Shown here in pieces: positions 46,086 to 54,037 of a DNA stretch of 64,000 nt. Every line of letters starts with the position of its first letter. Position 1 is the first letter of the stretch. Location: assembly GCA_964603505.1 (NCBI GenBank), contig CAZRVT010000007.1, positions 2,320-66,319 on the forward strand, given 5' to 3'. The position numbers were made by a program, and so were the translations under genes. The notes beneath the pieces are model-generated. The model was not told the DNA's origin and did not search any database. It worked only from the letters and a program-made list of their open reading frames with translations. Origin of the DNA: an uncultured Holophagales bacterium (GTDB lineage: Bacteria > Acidobacteriota > Thermoanaerobaculia > UBA2201).

Positions 46086-47234
46086 TTAGATCTTGACGAT
46101 GAAGTCGATCTGGAACCGGGTCAGGTCCTTGTAGGCGTCGGTGGGATCTTCGATCCGGTCGGTGAGATAGACGGTGGCGCCGAGCGTGCTCCACTTGGTC
46201 GTGGCGTAGGTGAAGTCGAAGCGGTGGGACTCGCTGTTGGTGCCGATGGTGCAGTCGGACTGCACATAGGCGTAGAAGAGAGCTTCGGCCTCCATGTAGT
46301 AGTAGGTGTAGCGAACTTCCCATCCGCCCTTATCCTTGGTCCCTCCATACGAAGTCCGGAGCATGTAGGCGGTGTCCTCGTCGTTATAGGCGCCGTTGTT
46401 GACAAAGTAATGGCCGAAGAGGCCGAACTTGCCGGTCTTAAAGTGGATGAACCCCTCGACGATCTCGAAGTCGCTCTTGAGGGCCTCGAACTTGCCGTCG
46501 GCGGTCTTGGTGTAGGCGTTGGTCAGCGGGTTGCCCCCCATAATCTTTTCGTAGGTCAACCGGGCGAGCGCGTCGGGATTCTGGTATTCCTCGTAGGAGC
46601 CCCCGATGATAAAGCTCATGGAGTCGCTTTTCATCTCGTAGTAGGGCTGGAGGCCGAAAAGATAGGTCTCGTTGGCGGCGCTCTGCTCGCGCATCACGTA
46701 CTGGAACAGATTGACTTTGAGACGGTGCTCCGCCAATCCTGGGGCCTTCCCGGAGGAAAAGGCCAGGGATTCGGCGAGGCCTTCGACGTTCAGGTCGTCG
46801 TCCCACTCCATGTCGGCGTTGATCCTCGCCTTGTTGATGGGGAATTTTCCGGCATGCAGGGCGAAGAGCCCGGAGGGGGTCCAATCCACAAAGGCCTCGG
46901 CGATGCCGATGAACTTCTTGTTCGAGCCGCCGGTCAGGGTGGTGTTGTCCGACACGGGATCGCCATCCTGCTCGCCGGAGCGCAACCCGAGCGTGAAATT
47001 GGTGTTGTCGGAGAGCTTGGCGGAGAGCTTCAGACGGAGGCGGAACCGCTCGCGGAACCGGTCATCCTTTCCGTCCTGCATGAACCCCTCGTAGCGCAGA
47101 CGGAAGTCGCCGCCGAGCTTGATCTTCTCGTACCACTCCTTCTTCTTGGGCTCTTCCTTCTTGGGGGCCGGGGCCTGCGCCCACGCCAGGGAGCCGATGA
47201 TCAGGATCGCTGCGATGCTCAGAAAACGCTTCAT
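46086..47234 (-). CDS. Putative outer-membrane porin (likely phosphate/anion uptake)
   Basis: Signal peptide, IKLGGDFRLRYE, RERFRLRL, alternating beta strands, C-terminal FQIDFIVKI; directly upstream of pstS. Confidence 0.8.
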   Translation of the reverse strand: MKRFLSIAAILIIGSLAWAQAPAPKKEEPKKKEWYEKIKLGGDFRLRYEGFMQDGKDDRFRERFRLRLKLSAKLSDNTNFTLGLRSGEQDGDPVSDNTTLTGGSNKKFIGIAEAFVDWTPSGLFALHAGKFPINKARINADMEWDDDLNVEGLAESLAFSSGKAPGLAEHRLKVNLFQYVMREQSAANETYLFGLQPYYEMKSDSMSFIIGGSYEEYQNPDALARLTYEKIMGGNPLTNAYTKTADGKFEALKSDFEIVEGFIHFKTGKFGLFGHYFVNNGAYNDEDTAYMLRTSYGGTKDKGGWEVRYTYYYMEAEALFYAYVQSDCTIGTNSESHRFDFTYATTKWSTLGATVYLTDRIEDPTDAYKDLTRFQIDFIVKI

Positions 47235-47267
47235 ACAACCTCCTCATGGATTTTTAATTTTCGCGGC

Positions 47268-47322
47268 AGTGTACGGGCCCCCCGTTAAGAAATGATGAAG
47301 ATTTCATGAAGGGTCGGTGAAG
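47268..47322 (-). promoter_or_regulatory. Pho-box-like array and -10 upstream of the porin gene
   Basis: Minus strand CTTCAC, CTTCAT, CTTCAT, CTTAAC (plus-strand copies start at 47317, 47306, 47295, 47284), 10-nt gap, TACACT. Confidence 0.8.
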
Positions 47323-47356
47323 AAAGACCCGGGCCCGGCCGCCCGGTATCCCGGCC

Positions 47357-47584
47357 ATGCCCGCCCCTTCCCCCCGCACCGCCGGGAATGCCCGTGACCG
47401 GTTGCCCCTCGCCGCCTCCCTCGCTGGTTCCGCCCTCCCCTTCTACTCGGAGTTCGGCTTGGACACCCTCGGCGTGCTCATAGAGGCGGCGGTGGCCGCC
47501 ACCGTCGCGGCCCACGCGGCCAACACCCTCTTCAAGCAGGCGGTGCAGGCGCTGGCCGGCGCCATCCTGCCGGCCCTGGGCTAG
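47357..47584 (+). CDS. Possible small hydrophobic protein or gene remnant
   Basis: 75-aa ORF with an Ala/Leu-rich C-terminal half and GC3-biased codons; no clear RBS. Confidence 0.3.
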   Translation: MPAPSPRTAGNARDRLPLAASLAGSALPFYSEFGLDTLGVLIEAAVAATVAAHAANTLFKQAVQALAGAILPALG

Positions 47585-47613
47585 GGGATGCGGTAAGGCC
47601 CCCTCCCAAGCGG

Positions 47614-47668
47614 CTTCACCGATTCTGAACACGCCCTTCATCAAACCCTAACCGTCCTCCCGTACCGT
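47614..47668 (+). promoter_or_regulatory. Pho-box-like array and -10 upstream of olsB
   Basis: CTTCAC (47614), CTGAAC (47625), CTTCAT (47636), CCTAAC (47647), 10-nt gap, TACCGT. Confidence 0.72.
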
Positions 47669-47715
47669 TGTGTGAGCGCCCCCGGGCGCCCAATCTGCGA
47701 AGACGAGGAGGCCCC

Positions 47716-48573
47716 ATGTGGCTTGACTCCGCCCTGCGACCCTTCCCCGGCCTGTTCCGTCCCCGGCCCCAGCCGCCCCTGCGCCTCCCCACCAAGCTCA
47801 ACGCGTTCCAGCCCCGCATCCAGTTCAATCTCGCCAAAGGGCGCTATGCCGTCCGCACCGCCGGCGACCCGTCCGACCTGGCCCGCGTGCTCCGGCTTCG
47901 GCACGAGGTGTTCTATGAGGAGCTGCTCCACCGCGCCACGCGCACGGGCCTCGATTGGGACCGCTACGACCTAAAGGCCGATCACCTGATGGTGGAGGAC
48001 CAGGTCACCGGGCGGCTCATCGGCACCTACCGGGTCATCACCTCGCTCCATTCGAACACCTTTTACTCCCAGAGCGAGTTCAAGATGCGGTCCATGCTGG
48101 CGCTGCCCGGCGTGAAGATGGAGCTGGGGCGCGCCTGCGTCCACCCCGACCACCGCAACGGCGCCACCATCCTCCTGCTTTGGCGCGGGATCAGCGCGTA
48201 CCTGAAGGCCTGCGGCGCCCGATGGCTTTTCGGCTGTTCCTCCCTCAAGGCCGTGGACCCCGTGACGGTGAATCTGGTCTATCGCTACCTGCACCAGAAC
48301 CATGCGGTCGGCCCGAGGATGCGGGTGCGCCCCCGGCGGAAGTTCCGCTACCCCGGGCTGGACCGGGCCCCCGAGGCGCGGTCGCTGACCGAGGCCGAGA
48401 CGGCGCAGGCCCGGGAGCGGATCCCCTCCCTGCTCCAGGCCTACCTGCGGGCGGGGGCGGTGGTCGGTGGGGAGCCCGCCTTGGACCGCGACTTCCAGTG
48501 CGTGGATTTTTTCACCCTCCTCGACGTCTCCCGGCTCGACGCCGCCGTGGAGCGGAAGTACCAAGTATGCTGA
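47716..48573 (+). CDS. olsB: GNAT-family N-acyltransferase, OlsB-like (aminolipid/ornithine lipid synthesis)
   Basis: GAGGAGG RBS; LRLRHEVFYEE, DWDRYD, HLMVED, IGTYRV, FYSQSEF, MELGRACVHPDHRNG, LFGCSS, PSLLQAYLRAGA, DRDFQCVDF. Confidence 0.78.
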   Translation: MWLDSALRPFPGLFRPRPQPPLRLPTKLNAFQPRIQFNLAKGRYAVRTAGDPSDLARVLRLRHEVFYEELLHRATRTGLDWDRYDLKADHLMVEDQVTGRLIGTYRVITSLHSNTFYSQSEFKMRSMLALPGVKMELGRACVHPDHRNGATILLLWRGISAYLKACGARWLFGCSSLKAVDPVTVNLVYRYLHQNHAVGPRMRVRPRRKFRYPGLDRAPEARSLTEAETAQARERIPSLLQAYLRAGAVVGGEPALDRDFQCVDFFTLLDVSRLDAAVERKYQVC

Positions 48574-49394
48574 GGGCCCTCTGGAGGGGGCCGCTCCTGG
48601 CGGTCCTGATCGCGGCCTTCCTGGCCTCGGGCGCCGCGGTCCGCCTTCTGTCTCCGGCCCGGTCCCGGCGGGGACGGCAGGCGCGGCTGACGGGCTTCTT
48701 CGCCCGGCAGGCCCTCGCGCTCCTGGGGGTCCGGGTCGTCCGTGCCGGCCGCCCCATGGCCCGGGGGGGGCTGCTGGTGGCGAACCACCTCTCCTATCTG
48801 GACATCTTGGTCTGGGCGTCGCTGCGTCCCGTTCTGTTCGTGACCTCCATGGAGGTGGGGGCCGACCCCTTCCTGGGCCTCCTGGCCCGTTTGGGGGGGA
48901 GCGAGTTCGTGGAGCGGCGCCGCCCGTCGGGCCTGCGGGGCGAGATCGACCGCCTCTCCCGCCGGCTGTCGGACGGGAACACGGTGATGCTCTTTCCGGA
49001 GGGGACCTCCACGGACGGCTCCCGCATCCTCCCTTTCAAAGCGGGCCTGATGGAATCGGCCCTGCGGGCGGGCGTCCTGATCCAGCCCGCGTGTCTGAGG
49101 GTCGTCGCGGTCGGCGGGCGCCCCTTCGTCCCCGGGGCGGACGACCGGTGGTGCTGGCACGGCCGGATGCGCTTCCTCCCCCACCTCCTCCGCGTCCTCT
49201 CCACCTCCTCGTTTGAGGTTTCCGCCCGGTTCCTGCCCCTTCTCCGCCCCTCCGAGGAGGCCTCCCGCAAGGACGCGGCCGAGGCCGCCCACTTCTTCGT
49301 GGCCCTGGCGTACGAAGCCGGCCGATGCGCCGACCCGGCGGCCGGAGGGCCGGCCCCGTCCGCATGCGCCGAGGCGGGCACGGGGGCGGCCTGA
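48567..49394 (+). CDS. olsA: PlsC/OlsA-family lysophospholipid O-acyltransferase
   Basis: Overlaps olsB; ANHLSYLDI (HX4D), FPEGTSTDG, FKAGL, IQPACL. Confidence 0.78.
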   Translation: MLRALWRGPLLAVLIAAFLASGAAVRLLSPARSRRGRQARLTGFFARQALALLGVRVVRAGRPMARGGLLVANHLSYLDILVWASLRPVLFVTSMEVGADPFLGLLARLGGSEFVERRRPSGLRGEIDRLSRRLSDGNTVMLFPEGTSTDGSRILPFKAGLMESALRAGVLIQPACLRVVAVGGRPFVPGADDRWCWHGRMRFLPHLLRVLSTSSFEVSARFLPLLRPSEEASRKDAAEAAHFFVALAYEAGRCADPAAGGPAPSACAEAGTGAA

Positions 49395-49454
49395 ACGGTC
49401 CGTAAGACCCGCCCCCCCGGACCTTCCCATTCGATTCGATCGCAGGAGGTTCTC

Positions 49455-49733
49455 GTGAAGAAGAAGCCCTCTCCCCCGCAGAAGAGCCCCCGCCGCGTCG
49501 GCGCGCCAGGCGCCCGCCGCCCAGCGGGGCCCTCCATGGCGGAGGTGCGGAGCCGGGCCCGGGCCCACGGCATCCCCATCCTCCGGCGCACCAAGCAGGA
49601 CCTGATCCGCGCGATCCAGATCGCCGAAGGCAACTTCGACTGTTTCGGCACCGCCTTGAGCGGGGAGTGCGACCAGGAGAACTGCTCATGGAGGGGGGCC
49701 TGCCTGGACCGGCCGCACAGGACGAGCCCATAG
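49455..49733 (+). CDS. Small SAP/Rho-N-like domain protein with a four-cysteine C-terminal motif
   Basis: AGGAGG RBS, GTG start; TKQDLIRAIQIAEGNFDCFGTALSGECDQENCSWRGAC. Confidence 0.75.
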   Translation: MKKKPSPPQKSPRRVGAPGARRPAGPSMAEVRSRARAHGIPILRRTKQDLIRAIQIAEGNFDCFGTALSGECDQENCSWRGACLDRPHRTSP

Positions 49734-49788
49734 CCCCGTTGGGGCCCCCGCGGCCCCTGGACTTCCCTCCCCGTCCCCAACGCCCGGC

Positions 49789-51621
49789 TCAGAGTTCCAT
49801 GCAGGCCAGGTGATCCTGTGAATGTTTGGCCCGCCGCTTGAGCTCGGCCAGCAGGCCGCCGACCGCGTCCGGGGACAAGGCGGGCCCGGCGGCGCGGACG
49901 AAGAGGATGGCCGCGGAGGCCTCCAAGGTCCGATAGCGTTGGAAACGGCCGCGCCGGTCAAGGGCCCGGAATCCGCCGGACTCCAACGCCGCCCGGGAAT
50001 GGAAGGCCAGGGCATCGCCCCGGAACTTTTCCAGAAGACCGCGCACGAACGCCACCACCCCCTCCGGCCCGGCCTCGTCCATCGGGACGGAAACGATGAA
50101 GTCGTCCCCGCCGATATGACCCAGAAAACAATCCCGGCCCGCCGAAGCGGCGCGCAATAGGTCGGCCATCAAGAGGAGGATGCGGTCGCCGACCCGGAAG
50201 CCGTGCACGTCGTTGAACGGCTTGAAATGGTCGATGTCGAGATAGATCAAGGCCCGCCCCTCCCGCCGGGTGAGCACATCGGAAAGATGCTCGTGGATGG
50301 TGCGGTTTCCCGGGAGGCGGGTGAGGGGGTTCTGCTCGCGGGCGAGGGCGAGGTTCTTTTCGTTCATGGCGTGGAGAAGGGCCCGGGCCGAGAGGAATCC
50401 GGCGTAGGCCCCTTCGTGCGTGAGCAGGACCCCCTCCGCCGCCGGGTCCAAGGCCAGCATTTCCAGGATGGACTCCACCCGCGATTCGAGGGGGGCGACG
50501 GGGGCGGGGGAAACGAAGTCCGCCACCCGCTTCCCTAAGGAACGGTTCATCAGGAGGTCGCGGCCGTAGGGGGAATAGACATACTCCTTCAGGTCCCGCT
50601 CGGTGAGGAGGCCGAGCGGCCGCCGCTGGGCATCGACCACGGGGAAGTGGCTGCGGTCCTTGTTCCGGCGGAAGATTTCGAACACGTCCCGCAGGGAGGA
50701 GGCGGGGAATTGGATGGGTTCGGGAGTTTCCATCCAGCCCCGGAGAAGGTCTCGGTCGTGGCCGCGGGTCCGGCGGTCCGCCGCCACCAGGCGCCCCACC
50801 GCCTCGTAACGGGCGAGGACCTCTTCCGGGGCCATCGTCGGCCGGGCCACCCAGAACCCCTGCACATAGTCGCAGCCGATCTCCCGGCAGACCCTGAATT
50901 CCGTCTCGGTCTCCACCCCCTCGGCGATGACCTGGATGCCCAGCGTATGCGCCAGGCTGACCACGGTGGAAATGAAGAGCGCCTTCTTGGGCTCGCGGTC
51001 CACGCCGCGCACGAAGAACTTGTCCAATTTCAGGTAGTCGGGCTCGAGCCGGTAGAGCAGTTGGAGACCCGCGTAGCCGGAGCCGAAATCGTCCACGGCC
51101 ACCCGGTAGCCCTGCTGGCGGTACAGGGCGAGGAGGTCGCCGTCCTCCGTCCGGTCGTAGAACCGCTGGTGCTCGGAGATCTCGAAGCACACCGCCCCCA
51201 GCGGCAGGCCCTGCGCTCCGAGAAGGGATTGGGTCATGCCCGGAGTGAAGTCGGGCATGGAGGAGACGCGGGGGTCGACGTTGAGGAACAGGAGCTGGCG
51301 CTCATGCCCCGGCAATCGGACGAACCGTTCCACGGCCCGGCGCCGGAGGTGGAGCTCGAGGCGGAACAGCGTCCCCTCCTTCACGGCGGCGTCCAGCAGG
51401 GCGTGGACCGTCGGAAAGCCGGCCTGCTCTTGGCGCCGGGCCAGCGCCTCCACCCCGAGGCACACCCCCGTGTGGACGTTGACGATGGGCTGAAAGGCCA
51501 CTTCCAGGATTTCGACGATCCTGCTCCATCGCTCGTCGGACCCTTCGGCTTCCCGACGAGGAGGCGGCGCGGCGTTCCCGTCGTCGGAGGGACAGAGGAA
51601 CCGATCGCCGGCAGGGGGCAT
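49789..51621 (-). CDS. EAL-CBS-GGDEF c-di-GMP turnover protein (start approximate)
   Basis: AFQPIV, VEALAR, DDFGSGY, YLKLDK, IAEGVET, QGF; CBS-like HFPVVD; NPLTRLPGN, DIDHFKPFND, GHIGGDDF. Confidence 0.88.
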   Translation of the reverse strand: MPPAGDRFLCPSDDGNAAPPPRREAEGSDERWSRIVEILEVAFQPIVNVHTGVCLGVEALARRQEQAGFPTVHALLDAAVKEGTLFRLELHLRRRAVERFVRLPGHERQLLFLNVDPRVSSMPDFTPGMTQSLLGAQGLPLGAVCFEISEHQRFYDRTEDGDLLALYRQQGYRVAVDDFGSGYAGLQLLYRLEPDYLKLDKFFVRGVDREPKKALFISTVVSLAHTLGIQVIAEGVETETEFRVCREIGCDYVQGFWVARPTMAPEEVLARYEAVGRLVAADRRTRGHDRDLLRGWMETPEPIQFPASSLRDVFEIFRRNKDRSHFPVVDAQRRPLGLLTERDLKEYVYSPYGRDLLMNRSLGKRVADFVSPAPVAPLESRVESILEMLALDPAAEGVLLTHEGAYAGFLSARALLHAMNEKNLALAREQNPLTRLPGNRTIHEHLSDVLTRREGRALIYLDIDHFKPFNDVHGFRVGDRILLLMADLLRAASAGRDCFLGHIGGDDFIVSVPMDEAGPEGVVAFVRGLLEKFRGDALAFHSRAALESGGFRALDRRGRFQRYRTLEASAAILFVRAAGPALSPDAVGGLLAELKRRAKHSQDHLACMEL

Positions 51622-51650
51622 ACGGGGGGACGCGCCGGAGGACGACGCGG

Positions 51651-52190
51651 TCAGCTGTACAGGACGGCCGTCACCACGGCCGTGGCGGCCGCCCCGTCCT
51701 CGCTCTCCAGGACCAGCCGATACCAGGCGAATAGAAGGAGGACCGGGTCCCCCCGGAGGTACGCCCATTCCGTCTCGCCTTCCAATGCCCCTCCCTGGGA
51801 ACGCCAGGAACGGGCGAACACCATGCGGCGGAAGCGCCGGTCCAACTGACCGGCTTCCACCCCTGCGGGACGCACCGCGCGCCAAAGGTGTTGCCGCCCA
51901 TCGGCCCAGTGGAGGATGGCCGGACCCCGGACCGGGAATTCCATCCGGGCCAGATCGGCCGTCGCTCCCGCCACACGGACGGTCAATTGAGGCCGGAAGA
52001 ACCCCACCCGTTTGAAGGTCCAGAGGCCCTCCGCCGTCGTCCCCTGCGCGAGCGAGCCGCCGGAGGAACGGAACTCGAGATGGGCCAGTGCCCCCTCCTC
52101 ATCCCGGAGCAGCCAGGCCCGCCCCTCTTCGGGGACCCAGCGGCACGGCTTTTCCGAACGAGGGGGAAGGGGGCGGAGGGAGAGTTTCAT
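51651..52190 (-). CDS. Hypothetical protein
   Basis: ATGA overlap with the upstream gene; Trp-rich beta-type sequence (GLWTFKRVGFFRPQLTVR). Confidence 0.65.
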   Translation of the reverse strand: MKLSLRPLPPRSEKPCRWVPEEGRAWLLRDEEGALAHLEFRSSGGSLAQGTTAEGLWTFKRVGFFRPQLTVRVAGATADLARMEFPVRGPAILHWADGRQHLWRAVRPAGVEAGQLDRRFRRMVFARSWRSQGGALEGETEWAYLRGDPVLLLFAWYRLVLESEDGAAATAVVTAVLYS

Positions 52191-52840
52191 CGGGCCCCTC
52201 CGGCTTTGCTGCCTTCCCCGCCACCCTTGCGCACAAACAGGGCGGGGTCATCGAGGGCTTCGATGACCCCCGTCAACCCCAGTCGGTCCATCGAGCGCCT
52301 CTCCGCGACCCGATAGAGAGTGAAGGTGAGATCGTACTTCTGGCCGGAAACCATGCGGGTGACGGGAGTGCCGAGCAACCAGGGGACATAGAGGTTCAAG
52401 TCCACCTTGAAGGGCTTTCCCTGAGAAGGGGCCGACGGGGCGGTCCAGGGGAACTCCCCGAACTCCCGGGCGAGGACGATGTACACGGGGTAGGGCACCA
52501 CTTGCTCCGGAAGGGCGTAGAACCGGTCCACCCCGCCCAAAATGTTCTGCGGGTTCGAGTCCTTCATCCAGAAGATGTAGGAATACTCGGCTTGGGCCGG
52601 GAACCGGTTCCGCTCGTGCTTGGACAGATAGAGGAAAACGGCGCCCTCGACGCGGAATTGTTTCTTGAAGGTGGACGCCATGAACTCGCGGTTCAGCGCC
52701 TCGTCCTCCCCGGGGGATTGGGCGCGGCGGACCTGAAGGGAGGCGTAAGTCCGGAGGAGGTCGCCGAGACCGGCCACTTCGGCCGGCGCGCCGGCGGCCA
52801 GCAGGACGACGGCCAAGAGGCTGAGGCGCACGATGCCCAT
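52187..52840 (-). CDS. Exported hypothetical protein
   Basis: GGAGGG RBS; signal peptide MGIVRLSLLAVVLLAAGAPA; normal codon bias. Confidence 0.7.
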   Translation of the reverse strand: MGIVRLSLLAVVLLAAGAPAEVAGLGDLLRTYASLQVRRAQSPGEDEALNREFMASTFKKQFRVEGAVFLYLSKHERNRFPAQAEYSYIFWMKDSNPQNILGGVDRFYALPEQVVPYPVYIVLAREFGEFPWTAPSAPSQGKPFKVDLNLYVPWLLGTPVTRMVSGQKYDLTFTLYRVAERRSMDRLGLTGVIEALDDPALFVRKGGGEGSKAGGAR

Positions 52841-52851
52841 CCCGCCCTCCC

Positions 52852-53223
52852 TCAATCCCTTCCCCCGGCGGGGGCGCCGGGGTCCGGCTCCAGGGCCAAC
52901 AGGGCGCGGCGGACCTCCCGATAGACCAGGAGGGCGAAGAACCCGGCGACCGCCGATCCGAGGAGAAGCCAGCCCGCCGGGTCGTCCGGGACCGCGCGGA
53001 TGCTGCGGAATCCGCCCGCGGCGGCCGCCCCGGCCCCCGCCAGGAACAGGGCGGGGGTCCATGGGCTCTTCGCGGCCATTCCCAAGGAGGCGAGGGTCAT
53101 CCACCCCGCGATGACCCAGGCCCCCCCTCCCACCGGATTGGAGGGGCTCGCCCGGTAGGCCGCCGAGAGGGCGATCAGGGACGAGAGCAGGGAGGGAAAG
53201 GTGCAGAGCAGGAACCGCGTCAT
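52852..53223 (-). CDS. Small membrane protein (about four TM helices)
   Basis: GGAGG RBS; hydrophobic segments throughout. Confidence 0.65.
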   Translation of the reverse strand: MTRFLLCTFPSLLSSLIALSAAYRASPSNPVGGGAWVIAGWMTLASLGMAAKSPWTPALFLAGAGAAAAGGFRSIRAVPDDPAGWLLLGSAVAGFFALLVYREVRRALLALEPDPGAPAGGRD

Positions 53224-53328
53224 GGGAGGACCTCCATCCGCTCCGGGTTCTTCGCCCGGGAAAACCGGGCCGGCGCGGGGCCTGGACGGCCCCGCGTCGG
53301 CCTTGCCACAGGTAAGGAGGGTGTATGT

Positions 53329-54024
53329 TTAACGGCCATGGGCCGTTTCCGGCGTTCCGCGGGAGGCGGCCCGCACGAACCGTCCCGTCCAGGAACGGCC
53401 TTCCGTCAGGGAGATGCCGGAGAGCTCCGTCCCTCCCCGGCGCCGGGGAACCGCCGTCGCTCCGGGGCAGTCCCGGCACTCCCATCCATCCAGGACCACC
53501 GACACGGGCACCTGCCGGCGCCCGGCGGTGGTCCGGTCGGCCACGAGGATCTCCAGCGCCTCTCCGGAAGGAAGGGGGGCCTCCAGCACCACGGTGCCTT
53601 CGATGCGCTCGTGCCCCCGGACCGGACCGTCCGATCCGGAGGAGGAAAGGGCGGTGCGGCGCAGTTCCGGGACCGCCCCGTTGCACTGGATGCGCAGGTC
53701 CTTGAGGATGAGCGCCGACAGGTGCTCCTCCAATTCCCTCCGCTCTTCCTCCTCCAGCCCTCCGCTCCCGTCCCGGTCGAACCGTTCCCGCAGAGGCCCG
53801 GTCTCGTCCCCGTGGTCGAGGACGAGGGTCAGGATCACGCGCACCCGGTCCGGCAGGACCTCCAGCCGGTCCTGCTTGGGATACTGCACCCAATGGCCGA
53901 AGGCCCCGCCGGCGGCGAGGACCAGGGCAATGAGAAGGAACAACCCCTCGATGGAAAAAGGGACCCGCCCCCCGGCGGGCGCGGCCGGGGGCGGGTCGAG
54001 GGGAGAGTATTGATGGGCCGTCAT
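53329..54024 (-). CDS. Membrane-anchored hypothetical protein
   Basis: Start MTAHQY; TM segment GLFLLIALVLAAGGAFG; EF-hand-like FDRDGSGGLEEEE. Confidence 0.65.
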   Translation of the reverse strand: MTAHQYSPLDPPPAAPAGGRVPFSIEGLFLLIALVLAAGGAFGHWVQYPKQDRLEVLPDRVRVILTLVLDHGDETGPLRERFDRDGSGGLEEEERRELEEHLSALILKDLRIQCNGAVPELRRTALSSSGSDGPVRGHERIEGTVVLEAPLPSGEALEILVADRTTAGRRQVPVSVVLDGWECRDCPGATAVPRRRGGTELSGISLTEGRSWTGRFVRAASRGTPETAHGR

Positions 54025-54037
54025 GCCGTTGCCTTGC

